A DNA stretch of 64,000 nucleotides from a bacterium (GCA_965218795.1 OZ244653.1:4416001-4480000); one strand, 5' to 3'. Positions 38,399 through 49,350 are shown, numbered from the stretch's first letter. Notes: generated by a model not told the origin, from the sequence alone. Program-made: numbers and translations.

Positions 38399-39796
38399 AT
38401 GGCCGAGACCGTTGATATCCTGATTGAAAAAGGCACCGTTCTCACCCTTGACGATGAGCGGCGCATCCTGACCGACGGGGCCATCGCCATCAAGGGGGAC
38501 CGCATCGCCGCCGTCGGGAAGACGGCCGATGTGCGGAAAAAGTATGAAGGCAGGAAGACCATCGATGCCTCCACCCGCCTGATCATGCCCGGTCTCGTCG
38601 ACGGCCATTCCCACCTCATCGAGATCGCCCGCGGCCTGATTCCCGATACGCTGAAAACAAGCGACTGGCTCAAGTTCTGGTGTTATCCGTACCTCGCCGC
38701 CATCACGGAAGAGGACGAGTACTGGTATTCGCTCTGCCTCATCGCCGAGATGATCCAGTCCGGTACCACCTGCTTCGTCGAGCCCGGATGCAAGTTTCTC
38801 CCTACGACCCTGAAGGCCATTGAAGAGAGCGGAATCCGGGCGGCGACCGGAAGCTGGGTTTGGGATCACGGCGGACCGGACGGTCAAAAATGTCCGGAGT
38901 ACTTCCTCAAGATGTCCCTCCAGGAGGCCCTCGACCTCACGGAAAGCAACATCAAGTCCTTTCAGGGCGCGGCCGACGGCCGGGTGAAGATCTTCGCTAC
39001 CATTGAAGGGGTGGGAACGTGCTCGGACGACCTCACGCTGGGCGCCAAAGAGCTGGCCGATCGATACAACACGTTGACCCTGATGCACAAAGCCAGTTCC
39101 CGGGAGGAAGTCCAAAGCGAGATCAAGGCAACGGGCGACCGGCCGGTCGAGCATATGTACAAGATTGGCGCACTCGGGCCCAACGTCTATCTCAATCACA
39201 TGACCGCGGTGGAATCCTTCGAAGTCGATATGCTGGCCGAGACGGACACCAAGGTCTGCCAGAACCCGCCCGCCGCGCTGAAGCTCGCCAAGGGAACGAC
39301 CCAAATGGGAAAGTTCCTCGACATGAGAGCCAAAGGGGTCACCGTTGCGCTGGGATGCGACGGGGTGAACTCGGCCGATCACAAGGACATGTTTCGCGCC
39401 ATGTATCTGGCGGCCACGCTGCCGAAGGACGCGAAGGTGGATCCGGAAGTCATCACGGCCGAGGAGGTGATCGAGATGGCGACCCTGAGCGGTCACCGGG
39501 CCACCGGCTGGGAGAAAGACCTGGGCCCGCTGGAGGCCGGAATGAAGGCGGATCTGATCCTGATCGACACCGACCGCCCTGAATGGGTGCCGAGCTATAA
39601 TCCGGTTTATACCCTGGTCTATACGGCCAGCGGAGGCAGCGTGGACACGACCATCGTGGACGGCCGGATCCTCATGGAGAACAGAGAGCTGAAGACCATC
39701 GATTTCGGCGAGGTCGCCGCAAAGTGCCGGGAGCTGGCGCCGAAGCTCGCCGAGCGGGCGAACGTCAAGCCGGAGTCACGCTGGCCCGTCGTGTGA
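38399..39796 (+). CDS. Metal-dependent amidohydrolase (MTA/SAH deaminase / AtzA-like)
   Basis: MPGLVDGHSH, SGTT, NHM, LGCDG, GMKADL. Confidence 0.9.
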   Translation: MAETVDILIEKGTVLTLDDERRILTDGAIAIKGDRIAAVGKTADVRKKYEGRKTIDASTRLIMPGLVDGHSHLIEIARGLIPDTLKTSDWLKFWCYPYLAAITEEDEYWYSLCLIAEMIQSGTTCFVEPGCKFLPTTLKAIEESGIRAATGSWVWDHGGPDGQKCPEYFLKMSLQEALDLTESNIKSFQGAADGRVKIFATIEGVGTCSDDLTLGAKELADRYNTLTLMHKASSREEVQSEIKATGDRPVEHMYKIGALGPNVYLNHMTAVESFEVDMLAETDTKVCQNPPAALKLAKGTTQMGKFLDMRAKGVTVALGCDGVNSADHKDMFRAMYLAATLPKDAKVDPEVITAEEVIEMATLSGHRATGWEKDLGPLEAGMKADLILIDTDRPEWVPSYNPVYTLVYTASGGSVDTTIVDGRILMENRELKTIDFGEVAAKCRELAPKLAERANVKPESRWPVV

Positions 39797-39840
39797 CGGG
39801 CCGTTCATTCCCGGAAGACGCTCCATCCTGGAGGGTGTCA

Positions 39841-41187
39841 ATGCCGAGTCTTCTCTTGCACAGCGCCGATTTCGTGATTCAGGACGCGGACCGATTCATT
39901 CGGGACGGCGGCCTGTATATCGAAGACGGGCAAATCCGGGAGGTGGGGCCTTCATCCGAGATCCGACAGCGTTACCAGGCCGACGAATCCATCGATCTGG
40001 CAGGATGCATCGTCACGCCCGGCCTGATCAACGCACACAATCACATTTATGAAATCATGTCCCGGGGGCTGGGTAAGGATTTCGGGACAGAAGACTGGCT
40101 GGCGAAGGTCATCTACCCGATCGATGCTGCCATGACCGGCGATGATTATTTCTATGGGGCGCTCGTTGTCCTGGGAGAATGTCTCCGCCAGGGGACGACG
40201 GCGGTCATCGAACAGTTGACCAACTTGGCCCGGTTTCATGCGGACCGGGAGGTGGAAGCCTTCCTTCATTGCGGGATCCGTGGAGCGGTGGCGCGCGCCT
40301 CCACCAACCGTTCCACCATAGATCCCCGGGAGGAGCGGCCGGAAGAGGAGGATTTCAAGGCATCCGAAGACTTCCTGGACCGCTGGGCGGGGCAAGAGCG
40401 CGTATCCCCGTGGCTTGGGCCGAGCGGGCTGTTCACCTGTACGCCCGATTTCCTGAGACGCTTGAAGGATTTGGCGCGGGACCGTCAGACCCGTTATACG
40501 ATTCACCTCAACGAGACCTCGATTCAGGCCCAGGCCGCCCGCCGGGAGGGATTCGTCGGCCAGATAGCCCAGGCGGATCACATCGGAATCCTGGACGAAA
40601 ACACCACCATCGCCCACGCTGTCTGGACCGGAGATGAGGAGCTCCGGATTGCGGCGCGGTCCGGGGCGCAAATTCTCCACAATCCGACCTCCAACATGAT
40701 ATTGTCCTCCGGCGTTGCGGACGTTCCGAAGATGCTCGAACTCGGGATCCCGGTGGCCATCGGCACCGACGGGCCTGCCAGCAACGACACCGTCGATATG
40801 TTGGCGGAGATGAAGGCGGCGATTCTCCTGCACAGGGTCCACACGCTGGACGCCACCATTCTGTACGCGCGCGACGTTTTCCGGATGTGTACCGAGGGAG
40901 GCGCTGCCGCCCTGGGAGAGAAGCGCTTGGGGCGGCTTGAACCGGGATGGAAAGCGGATCTCGCCGCTTTTCGGATCGGCCTCGGCCTGATTCCCGTTTA
41001 CGAGCCGCTGGACGCATTGATCTACTGCGGCAGCGGGCGGGACGCGTGCTTGACCATCGTGGAGGGAGAAGTGCTTTACCGGGATGGGCATTTCACTCGG
41101 TTCGACGTTCAGGAGGCTGTCGATCACGTGAATCGAACCGCGGCGGCCATCCGCAGGGATGTGCCTGAAGCGTTCCCTCGGTCTTGA
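39841..41187 (+). CDS. Metal-dependent amidohydrolase (MTA/SAH deaminase-like)
   Basis: PGLINAHNH, IHLNET, AHAVW, HNPTSNM.LSSG, GTDGPASN. Confidence 0.92.
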   Translation: MPSLLLHSADFVIQDADRFIRDGGLYIEDGQIREVGPSSEIRQRYQADESIDLAGCIVTPGLINAHNHIYEIMSRGLGKDFGTEDWLAKVIYPIDAAMTGDDYFYGALVVLGECLRQGTTAVIEQLTNLARFHADREVEAFLHCGIRGAVARASTNRSTIDPREERPEEEDFKASEDFLDRWAGQERVSPWLGPSGLFTCTPDFLRRLKDLARDRQTRYTIHLNETSIQAQAARREGFVGQIAQADHIGILDENTTIAHAVWTGDEELRIAARSGAQILHNPTSNMILSSGVADVPKMLELGIPVAIGTDGPASNDTVDMLAEMKAAILLHRVHTLDATILYARDVFRMCTEGGAAALGEKRLGRLEPGWKADLAAFRIGLGLIPVYEPLDALIYCGSGRDACLTIVEGEVLYRDGHFTRFDVQEAVDHVNRTAAAIRRDVPEAFPRS

Positions 41188-41311
41188 TGTGCTCAATGCC
41201 CGACCGGCGTTCGCCTCTGCCCCTCAAGCGTTTCTGTTTCCCGGTTCAATTCAACGAAGGTCGCGACGGGATGGTTCAGACCGTCGCAATATCTGAGGAG
41301 TGACGTGATCG

Positions 41312-42073
41312 ATGGGTCAACTGGATGGAAAACGAATCCTCGTCACCGGTGCGGGACGCGGAATTGGGAAAGATTACGCGAAGACCTTGGCCGCCGAAGG
41401 GGCCAACCTGGCGCTGGCCGATATCATCGATGCCGGCCCCGTGGCGGATGAGATCCGCGCGGCTGAAGGGGCGGCCGAGTCCTTCCACGTGGATGTGTCT
41501 GAGGAAGCCTCGGTCCGGCAGATGGTCGGGGGGGCCGTGAACGCGCTCGGGGGGGTGGACGTCCTCGTCAACAACGCCGCCCTCTGGGCGGACCTGCAGT
41601 TCACTCCGTTCTGGGAAATCACCGCCGAAGAGTGGGACCGCGCGATGGCGATCAACGTCAAAGGGGTTTTTCTGCTTTGCCGGGAGGTTTTCCCGCACAT
41701 GAAGGCCCAAGAGTCGGGGAAAATCGTCAACATCGGCTCGACGACCGCGGAGCGCGGCATCCCGGGCTTTCTTCAGTACGTGACCTCCAAAGGCGCCGTT
41801 CACGGTCTGACCCGGGCGTTGGCCAGGGAATTGGGCGATTTCGGGATTACGGTCAACACCCTGGCTCCGGGGTTCACGCTGAGCGAGAAGGTTGTGGAGA
41901 TGGATGAGGCGGCCTTGAAGGATGCAACGGAGCGGTCCAGAGCCACCCGATGCCTGAAGCGCGCGCAATACCCGGACGATGTTCAGGGAACGATGCTTTA
42001 TCTGGCTTCTCCGGCCAGCGATTTCATGACCGGCCAGCTCATTGTCGTCGACGGCGGCGCGGTCATGACGTAA
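41312..42073 (+). CDS. Short-chain dehydrogenase/reductase
   Basis: TGAGRGIG, NNA, YVTSK. Confidence 0.93.
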   Translation: MGQLDGKRILVTGAGRGIGKDYAKTLAAEGANLALADIIDAGPVADEIRAAEGAAESFHVDVSEEASVRQMVGGAVNALGGVDVLVNNAALWADLQFTPFWEITAEEWDRAMAINVKGVFLLCREVFPHMKAQESGKIVNIGSTTAERGIPGFLQYVTSKGAVHGLTRALARELGDFGITVNTLAPGFTLSEKVVEMDEAALKDATERSRATRCLKRAQYPDDVQGTMLYLASPASDFMTGQLIVVDGGAVMT

Positions 42074-42809
42074 GCGAGGCTGGTGATTCACCCGGCCTTG
42101 GGGAATCGGCCAGGGCTGAACCTGCTGCCGCCCGATGATGGTTTCGCACGGGCGCTCCCCGCTATGGCCCCCCAGTGACCTCAAGAACCAGGTGACCCCG
42201 GTACCGCATTGTCTTATCATTTCAGACGTTCGCCTTTCGTCCGAGTTCTTCGGACAACGGAGAGCCGGTTGGCTGTGGCCGAATACGCGCCGCCAACGGC
42301 TCCTGCTCCGCCGCCGTAAGGTCGACCGTCTGGTTCATTGGGTATTGGAATTCGTCGAGAAAGACCCGGCTGGCTGATTGGCGGGGGGCTTACCCGTCAG
42401 GCCGGCGCGAGGTCGCCGTCTCCGGAGGATTCCCGTGTCGCCCTGGGAGGGCGCGCGATGGCCCTTACCCCTTCAAAAAACCTCGCCGCACCCGTTTTCG
42501 AGCGCTTCGAGACGGACGCGGATCCCGTTGAGTCGTGGCGTGCCCGTGAAGGGCTCACAACCCGTTTCGTCATCGACCAGCCGATTGTAACATTCGCCGG
42601 GCTCGGAATGCCGACCGTATCCGTGGGGCAGGGCCACCACGCCCGATCGGAGACCATTACCGGACGACGGGCCGGCAGGCCAACAGGCCAACTTCATCTA
42701 TATGCCGGCGGGTCCGCCGTTTGATACCAAGAGCCGAATTCAACTCCTTTCAGAGGCTTCCCGCCGCCCTTCTGCTTCGTCCTTCCCTCGCAGCCCGCCC
42801 TATATGGCC

Positions 42810-42915
42810 TGGATTCCTGCATGCGCAGGAATGACAAACGGCTCAGACAGCGCGGAATGCCCGCACCCCCGTCGAACTCCCCCTTGATCGTCATTCCCGC
42901 GGAAGCGGGAATCCA
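42810..42915. repeat. Inverted REP pair (REPIN-like)
   Basis: TGGATTCCTGCATGCGCAGGAATGAC (42810-42835) and GTCATTCCCGCGGAAGCGGGAATCCA (42890-42915). Confidence 0.8.
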
Positions 42916-42986
42916 GGGGGATGGACGATTCATCCTTTTGCGCCTCGTTTCCCGTTCGGACACCAGGGGCCATTCCGAAGACTGGC

Positions 42987-43889
42987 CTATCCACTCTTCC
43001 TCGCCCTTTCCTGTAAGAAGTAATAATAGTCCCTCGCCACGGGGTTGGGTTCGATGATCTCTTTGTAGAGCTCGGGGCGGCGATCTTTGAACATTCCGGG
43101 AACGGAGCGGTACGTCTTGGGAAGTTCGAGGGTCTCCTCTGTTTCCCGCAACCACTTCAGCCGATCCAGGTCCAGGGTGGCGTAGATGATGCCTGGCTGA
43201 TCGGATTCGGCCAGGACCTCCTCCGGCGCCGCGATGACGGCCAGGCCCTGCTCCATGCCGAATAGGTTCTGGGTGACCATGACATAGCACATGTTCTCGC
43301 TGGCCCGCGCCCAGACAATGTTCCGCCATGCCTCCCGGATCTCGTACAGCACGCCTCCGATTGGGGCCACGATGATGTCCGCACCTTTCAGAGCGAGGAC
43401 GCGGCTCATTTCCGGCCACCAGAGCTCGCCGCAGATGATTGTGCCGATCTTGCCGATGGGCGTCTCGAAAACGGTCAGTTCGTCGCCGGGAGCGACAAAC
43501 TTCCCCGGCAATAACCCATCGGTCACCTCCGGCGTATTCGGCTGGGTGCGGTAGTACGTTCCGATCAGGCCGCCGTCCGGTCCGATCAGCTTCAGGGCCA
43601 GTCGAAACACGCCTTCCCCCACGTCGGGAGCCGGCTCGACCCAACTGCCGATCACGTAGATTTTAAAACGCTTCGCCTGCTCGGACAGCTGTTCGAACGG
43701 AGAATAATCGGCGGGCCCGTGATAGGGGCCCGGATACCCCTCGGGAAAGAGCACCAATTGGGCCCCGCCCCCCGCCGCCTCTTCGATCGCAGCCAGCGCA
43801 TGAGAGACGTTCTCGACTTCCTGTTCCCCCCGGATCGTGTTCGGCTGTACGGCGGCTACGGTCACTTCCATGGTCTCCACCTCCTCCAT
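42987..43889 (-). CDS. Carbon-nitrogen hydrolase (nitrilase superfamily)
   Basis: LVLFPEG, IGTIICGELWWPE, ARASEN, RRPELY. Confidence 0.88.
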   Translation of the reverse strand: MEEVETMEVTVAAVQPNTIRGEQEVENVSHALAAIEEAAGGGAQLVLFPEGYPGPYHGPADYSPFEQLSEQAKRFKIYVIGSWVEPAPDVGEGVFRLALKLIGPDGGLIGTYYRTQPNTPEVTDGLLPGKFVAPGDELTVFETPIGKIGTIICGELWWPEMSRVLALKGADIIVAPIGGVLYEIREAWRNIVWARASENMCYVMVTQNLFGMEQGLAVIAAPEEVLAESDQPGIIYATLDLDRLKWLRETEETLELPKTYRSVPGMFKDRRPELYKEIIEPNPVARDYYYFLQERARKSG

Positions 43890-43893
43890 GCAT

Positions 43894-44019
43894 TCAAGCG
43901 GTCATTTCACCATCTACCGACGGAAACCGGATGGTCTGGATCGCATCATTCTCCAGCAGCCTGCGGGCGATGATGAGACGCTGGATCTCGTTGGCGCCTT
44001 CTCCCACGGTCAAGAGCTT
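43894..44019 (-). pseudogene. C-terminal remnant of an acyl-CoA dehydrogenase
   Basis: KLLTVGEGANEIQRLIIARRLL, the typical ACAD C-terminal motif, with no upstream gene body. Confidence 0.7.
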
Positions 44020-44110
44020 GCCATTGAACCTGCCGCTGTACTTCGTTCAGTTGGAAGTCCATGCCGTCTGAGCCCGACCGCCAATGGAGTTTCTGAGAAC
44101 GTCCGACATT

Positions 44111-45541
44111 TTATCGGAAGGCTGAAACCGGGGGATGACGGTCCGCCCAGGGTTTGGCGCGCTCCAGTTGACCCGCGAGGCGGAAGAGCGCGGCTTCCCC
44201 ACCGAATCGGCCGATGAATTGGGTTCCAATGGGGAGGCCGTCATCATCCCAGTCAAGAGGAACCGACATGGCCGGCTGGCCGGTGCTGTTGGCAATCGCC
44301 GTGAATGGCGCGAACCTTCCGTCGGCCTCCACCCAGTCCAAGGGGTTTTCGGCGGGAGGCTCCAAAGCCCCGAGGAGTAGCGGAGGCTGAGCGAGAGTGG
44401 GCGTCAGCCAGGCGTCAAAGGTCTCGAAGAATTCGGCGATTTCCCGCCCCGCCCGATGGAGGGCCTGGACGCCGCGAAGGTGCTCGGCGGCGCTCCGCTT
44501 CCTGCCGAGGTCGCATAGGGCCCGGGTCAGCGGTTCCAGTTCTCCCTCGCCGGGCGTCCGGCCCAGGCGTCGCGACCAATCGTCCAACATCCAGGCGTTC
44601 CCCTCGGCCCACAGCATGAACCACGCCTCTTCGGCCGTCCCGGCGTCATACCGCGGCGTCGCCTCGACGACTTCGTGGCCCAGCCCGGCGCAGATTTCCG
44701 CGGTTTCCACCACTGCCCGGACGCAATCCGGATGAACGTCCGCGCCGCTCGGCGCCAGTGTCGTAAATCCGATGCGGAGAGTTCCGGGGGCCGCGCCCAC
44801 TTCTTCCAGGAAAGGCCGCGCCGGGGGAGGCGCCCAGTAGGGGTCTCCCGCAGAAGGGCCGGACGTCGCATCGAGCAGTGCGGCGCTGTCCCGGACGGTG
44901 CGGGTCAGGGCGTGCTCCGCCACAAGGCCGCTGTAGACATCGCCGAAACGCGGACCCAGCGGGTTCCGCCCGCGGGTGGGTTTGAGGCCGAACAGACCGC
45001 AGCACGAGGCCGGGATGCGGAGCGATCCCCCTCCGTCGTTCCCGTGCGCCATGGGGACGACCCCGGCCGCCACGGCCGATGCGGACCCTCCGCTCGATCC
45101 TCCCGGGATGCGGCCAACGTTCCACGGGTTCCGTGTGGGGCCGAACCGATGGGGCTCGGTCGTCGAGGCGTTTCCATACTCGGCCGTGTTCGTGATCCCC
45201 ACCACGATCAGGCCCGCCCGCTTGATCCGCGCCACGAGCTCGCTATCTTCCCGCGCCACGTAATCCGCCAGAAAGGCCGACCCTTCCGTATGGCGAATTC
45301 CGGCGCAAGTCGCAATGAGGTCCTTGAGGAGGAAAGGGGCGCCGGACAGCGGGCCTTCGGGAAGATCTCCCGCTGCCGCCTCCAGGGCCGTGTCGAACGC
45401 TGGGGTGATGACGGCGTTCAGCTTGGGGTTCAATTGCTCGATGCGCAGGATCGCCGCTTCCACCACCTCGCGGCCGGTGACCTCCCCTTTGCGGACGAGC
45501 TCGGCCAGGCCCAAGGCGTCGATGGCGGTCAATTCGTTCAT
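44111..45541 (-). CDS. Amidase-signature family amidase
   Basis: [28 protein letters not shown]. Confidence 0.94.
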   Translation of the reverse strand: MNELTAIDALGLAELVRKGEVTGREVVEAAILRIEQLNPKLNAVITPAFDTALEAAAGDLPEGPLSGAPFLLKDLIATCAGIRHTEGSAFLADYVAREDSELVARIKRAGLIVVGITNTAEYGNASTTEPHRFGPTRNPWNVGRIPGGSSGGSASAVAAGVVPMAHGNDGGGSLRIPASCCGLFGLKPTRGRNPLGPRFGDVYSGLVAEHALTRTVRDSAALLDATSGPSAGDPYWAPPPARPFLEEVGAAPGTLRIGFTTLAPSGADVHPDCVRAVVETAEICAGLGHEVVEATPRYDAGTAEEAWFMLWAEGNAWMLDDWSRRLGRTPGEGELEPLTRALCDLGRKRSAAEHLRGVQALHRAGREIAEFFETFDAWLTPTLAQPPLLLGALEPPAENPLDWVEADGRFAPFTAIANSTGQPAMSVPLDWDDDGLPIGTQFIGRFGGEAALFRLAGQLERAKPWADRHPPVSAFR

Positions 45542-45622
45542 CTTGACGACTGAAAGGGTAGGGGGGCCGTTTGCAGTTCGAGTCCGGTGCAGACCATTGG
45601 TTCCGGGCTCAACGGGGCCGGA

Positions 45623-46381
45623 TTACCGCGCCAGCCAGCCGCCGTCCACGGGAAGACTGACGCCGTGGATGAACTCGGCCGCATCGGAAGCCAGAAATAC
45701 GACGGCGGGCGCCACATCGGCGGGCTGGCCGATCCGCCCGAAGGGGGTGGACTCCACGGCAAACTTCACAAACTCCGGGTCCTTGTGCAGATCCTTGCTC
45801 ATGGCGGTGGCGATCTCCCCCGGCGCGATGGCGTTGAAGCGGATCCCCTCCCCGGCCAGCTCGGCCGTCATCGCCTTGACCATCAGCTCGACGGCGCCCT
45901 TGGTCGCGCAGTAGGCCACGGACTCGGGAAAGGAGCGGTGGCCGGCAATGGACGAGTTGAAAATGACGACGCCCCCGTTGCGCAATTGTGGAAGGGCCAT
46001 CTGGACCATCTCAAAGGGCGTCCGGACATGCGTCAGCCACTGCCGATCGAAACTTTCCAGAGGAAAGGTCTCGAAGGGACCGTATTCGTGGATACCGGCA
46101 TTGCTGACGATCACGTTGAACGAGCCGTATACCTCGAGGGCCCCGGAGATGATGGATCGGGCCGCGCCCTCGTCCGTCAAATCGGCCGGAAAGGCGTGAC
46201 AATCCCCTCCCTGCTCCCGGATTTCGGCCGCCACGCCTTCCAATCGCTCCTGATTTCGACCGACCCCGAAGATGCGCGCTCCCGCCGCCGCCATCTGACG
46301 GGCGATCTCCGCCCCCATGCCCGAACCGGCTCCGGTCACGATGGCGGTTTTCGTCGATAGATCGAATGGTGATTTTGCCAA
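45623..46381 (-). CDS. Short-chain dehydrogenase/reductase
   Basis: TGAGSGMG, SNAG, YCATK, VDGG. Confidence 0.93.
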   Translation of the reverse strand: MAKSPFDLSTKTAIVTGAGSGMGAEIARQMAAAGARIFGVGRNQERLEGVAAEIREQGGDCHAFPADLTDEGAARSIISGALEVYGSFNVIVSNAGIHEYGPFETFPLESFDRQWLTHVRTPFEMVQMALPQLRNGGVVIFNSSIAGHRSFPESVAYCATKGAVELMVKAMTAELAGEGIRFNAIAPGEIATAMSKDLHKDPEFVKFAVESTPFGRIGQPADVAPAVVFLASDAAEFIHGVSLPVDGGWLAR

Positions 46382-46415
46382 TGGCCCTTTCCCCCCGGAT
46401 GATCGCTCCGTTCGA

Positions 46416-47633
46416 TTAATCCCACCACTTCTCGGGACAACCGGCCGTCAATACTTCGCAACCGTCGGATGTGACCAGCACGTCCTGCTCGAACCCCGCC
46501 GCGCCCACTTCCGGGCGACCCACCATCGCTTCCACTGCGATGGTCATGTTTTTTTCCAGGACCATCGATTCCTCTTTCGTGATCCAGGGCGGCTCCAGAC
46601 CTAAGCCGATGCCGTGGCCAAAGGCCGGGAACAAATCGCCGAACTCCGTGCCCGCGTCCTCCGCCCCCTCGGCGTGGGGGGCAAACCCGTTGTCGACCAT
46701 CCAGGAGGCCCCTGTCTCGTACAGTTCCCGCACCTGAACACCCGGCTTGATGATTTCGATGATGCTCTCGACCACCCCCATGGGCGCTTCCAGCACTTCC
46801 CGCTGCGCATCGGTGGGTTTTCCACCCACCACGGTGGAGCGGACGAGATCCGTATAGTAGTACTCGACCGGACCCCAAGCGTCCACGTGAAAGAGATCGC
46901 CCGCCTCGAGCTTGCGTCTGGAGTCCCAGGACGGGATGCCGAATCGCTCAAACCGGTGCGAGTTGGGTCCCGAGGCGACGGCCGCATCGTATGCATAACC
47001 CCCGTGGGCCGCCAGGTAACGCAGTCCTTCACCGACCACTTCGCCCTCGGTTTTGCCCGCCTCGACCGCCTCCATCATGGTCTTCATCCATTCGACGCCC
47101 ACTTCGGCCGCGTGCCTCATGATCCGGACTTCGCTTTCGCTCTTGACCTTGCGGAGGGTTTCCAGGATGTCGTCCGCCGGCTGGATTTGAAGCGGATGTC
47201 CCAGACGCTCTTCCATGAGGCGGTAGCTGTGATGAAGCAGACACTCCCTGCCGACAAGGCCGAGATCGGCCTGGTCCAATCCTTTTTCCCGGAGGGCGTC
47301 CCCCGCAGTTTGGGGAACCGTCAGGGTCGGCCGCACGTCCTCAAGATGGATCTGCTCCCTGGGATAATCGGGAAGGTCGACCACGAGCGTGGGGTCATCG
47401 TCCACCGGGAGAATCAGGGCGCTGTACGAGCGGCCCGACCACAAGGAGGTTTCCGAGTTGTGGGGGAACGGAGAGTGATGGTTGGTGAGGTACAGAACGT
47501 CGCCGTAGTAATCGACGGTGGTCCCGCCCCGCGACCAGACGAGAAGTCCGGCGAGACCGCGCTCCCGGGCGGCATCGACGGCCCGTTGTCTTCGTTCGAC
47601 AAACTCCCCGGATGGAATTTCAAGAGTGTCCAT
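46416..47633 (-). CDS. M24 (Xaa-Pro peptidase / creatinase-fold) hydrolase
   Basis: LRKVKSESE; metal ligands VD..., YTD.VRS, GHGIGL, AVE, FEQD. Confidence 0.88.
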   Translation of the reverse strand: MDTLEIPSGEFVERRQRAVDAARERGLAGLLVWSRGGTTVDYYGDVLYLTNHHSPFPHNSETSLWSGRSYSALILPVDDDPTLVVDLPDYPREQIHLEDVRPTLTVPQTAGDALREKGLDQADLGLVGRECLLHHSYRLMEERLGHPLQIQPADDILETLRKVKSESEVRIMRHAAEVGVEWMKTMMEAVEAGKTEGEVVGEGLRYLAAHGGYAYDAAVASGPNSHRFERFGIPSWDSRRKLEAGDLFHVDAWGPVEYYYTDLVRSTVVGGKPTDAQREVLEAPMGVVESIIEIIKPGVQVRELYETGASWMVDNGFAPHAEGAEDAGTEFGDLFPAFGHGIGLGLEPPWITKEESMVLEKNMTIAVEAMVGRPEVGAAGFEQDVLVTSDGCEVLTAGCPEKWWD

Positions 47634-47795
47634 GTTCCGGCCCCCCGTCATGCTGGTACTCCCCGACCGATGATACGGAAAGGCGATCGGATTTGTTGAC
47701 CCCGGCGAACAAAGCCCGCGTTGCAGCGAATGCTGTGCTCGCGAGATGAATTTTTCCGGGTTTCGCTCAAACCCGGTGGGAAGTCGAGGTCCACC

Positions 47796-48845
47796 CTACA
47801 CCCCCGCATTCGCCAGGATGGCGGACGCGTTGCCTCCCAGAATCTTGTCTCGATCGCTTTCGGGCAGGGACTCGATGGCCGGAAGGCCCAACCTGCCCTC
47901 TGGATCGCCCACCTCGAAGGGGAAGTCCGTTCCGAAAACCACCCGGTCTGCGCCGACCAGGCTGACCAGGAATTGGAACGACGCGCTTCCCGCAAGAAGA
48001 GAATCATAATAGATTTGTCCGAAGTAATCTCCGGGCGGCTTCGTGATGTTCGCGCGGCAGGCCGGGTTATGTTCAAAGGTGGAGGCGTTGTACCCGAGAT
48101 TGATCCGGTCGCGGAGAAAGGGAAGCGTCCCCCCGCCGTGGGCCAAGATCAGCTTCAGGCCCGGCTGCCGCTCGAAGACCCCCCCGTAGATCAGCCGGGC
48201 GGCGGCGACGGTGGTTTCCGTTGGGAAGGCGACGGTCGTGTGGAGGGTGTAATCCCGAAGGCTCGGATGGGAGATGTTGGGGCTCGGGTGCATGAACGTG
48301 AGCAACCCCAAGTCTTCGAGCGTGGCGAACATGGGTTCAAAATCCGGCTCATCCAGAAATCGTCCGGCCGCATGGGTATTGAGCGCCGCCCCCTTGAAAC
48401 CGTGCAACTCGACGGCGCGCCTCAGCTCATCGGGGATATTGGCAGGGTCTGCGAGACACGGAACGGCGAGCCCGTCCAGACGCCCGCCCCCTTCGTTGAC
48501 AAGTTTCGCCGTGTATTCATTGACGCGCCGTGACGTCTCGACGCTCCCCACCCGGCTGTGGTCGAGAAAGATCGAGATGGGCGGGGAGACGAGCTGGAGA
48601 TCGACGCCTCTCCGCTCGAGGCTTTCGAGCCTGCCCTCCAAATCAAAGACAAGCGGGTCCAATGGGCCGTAGTTGGGGTGGGCATAGCCACCCTCGGCCA
48701 AGGGCTCCAGTTGGAGACCGAACCACGGGCTCTTGGACATCTCGTGCGCGAGCTCTTCACTGATTGCGTGGGCGTGAACGTCGATGATCATGATGGCCAG
48801 CCCGGTCTTCGGGTTTGGAACAAGGTTCCCGTTGGAATCAGACAA
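47796..48845 (-). CDS. Amidohydrolase_2 (ACMSD-like decarboxylase/hydratase)
   Basis: IDVHAH, FMHP, AHGGGTLP, FGTDFPF. Confidence 0.9.
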   Translation of the reverse strand: MSDSNGNLVPNPKTGLAIMIIDVHAHAISEELAHEMSKSPWFGLQLEPLAEGGYAHPNYGPLDPLVFDLEGRLESLERRGVDLQLVSPPISIFLDHSRVGSVETSRRVNEYTAKLVNEGGGRLDGLAVPCLADPANIPDELRRAVELHGFKGAALNTHAAGRFLDEPDFEPMFATLEDLGLLTFMHPSPNISHPSLRDYTLHTTVAFPTETTVAAARLIYGGVFERQPGLKLILAHGGGTLPFLRDRINLGYNASTFEHNPACRANITKPPGDYFGQIYYDSLLAGSASFQFLVSLVGADRVVFGTDFPFEVGDPEGRLGLPAIESLPESDRDKILGGNASAILANAGV

Positions 48846-48903
48846 TCAAACAATCCGAATTCCTTCCGGAGGGAGTCGGACTCGGGTGATCACCGCTCCC
48901 GAT

Positions 48904-49350
48904 TCAATGCTCGGCTGCTCGATAATCCCAGGTCAAAACGTGGGCAGGGACGACGGAAACCACTCGTTTACGCTCGTTGAGCAAGCGGACATAGGGATGA
49001 TCCTCGGACCCGCAGTGCCGATGCGCAAAGGCGATATTGTAATTGTGAAGGACTTCGGCATCCTCGACAATATCCGCCCGCCCCTGTATCAAGACTCCCC
49101 GGTAGTCGTCAAACCTCTCACCGGAGTCCACGGTGAAGGAAATCCGCGGATTTTTTCTCAGGTTGCCGATTTTTTTCCGGGGGATCCGCGTTGAAAAATG
49201 GATCAACCCGTTGAGGAGAATGTACCACATGGGTACGACGTGCGGAAAACCTTCCTCGTCGATGGTCCCGAGGCGGCCAACGGTGTGCTCGGCGAGATAA
49301 AGATGGATTTCCTCCTCGCTCCAGGTGTTGTAGATTCGCTGATTGCGCAT
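48904..49350 (-). CDS. Pyridoxamine 5'-phosphate oxidase-like flavin/F420-binding protein
   Basis: LGTIDEEGFPHVVPMWY, K..NL..NPR.S..VD, RGVLIQGRA, TWDY; RBS before ATG 49350. Confidence 0.85.
   Translation of the reverse strand: MRNQRIYNTWSEEEIHLYLAEHTVGRLGTIDEEGFPHVVPMWYILLNGLIHFSTRIPRKKIGNLRKNPRISFTVDSGERFDDYRGVLIQGRADIVEDAEVLHNYNIAFAHRHCGSEDHPYVRLLNERKRVVSVVPAHVLTWDYRAAEH

Noticed and set aside
11818-42915. 26-bp palindromic repeats as a possible CRISPR array
   Set aside because: The copies are dispersed or in inverted pairs rather than regularly spaced direct repeats, and there are no cas genes.
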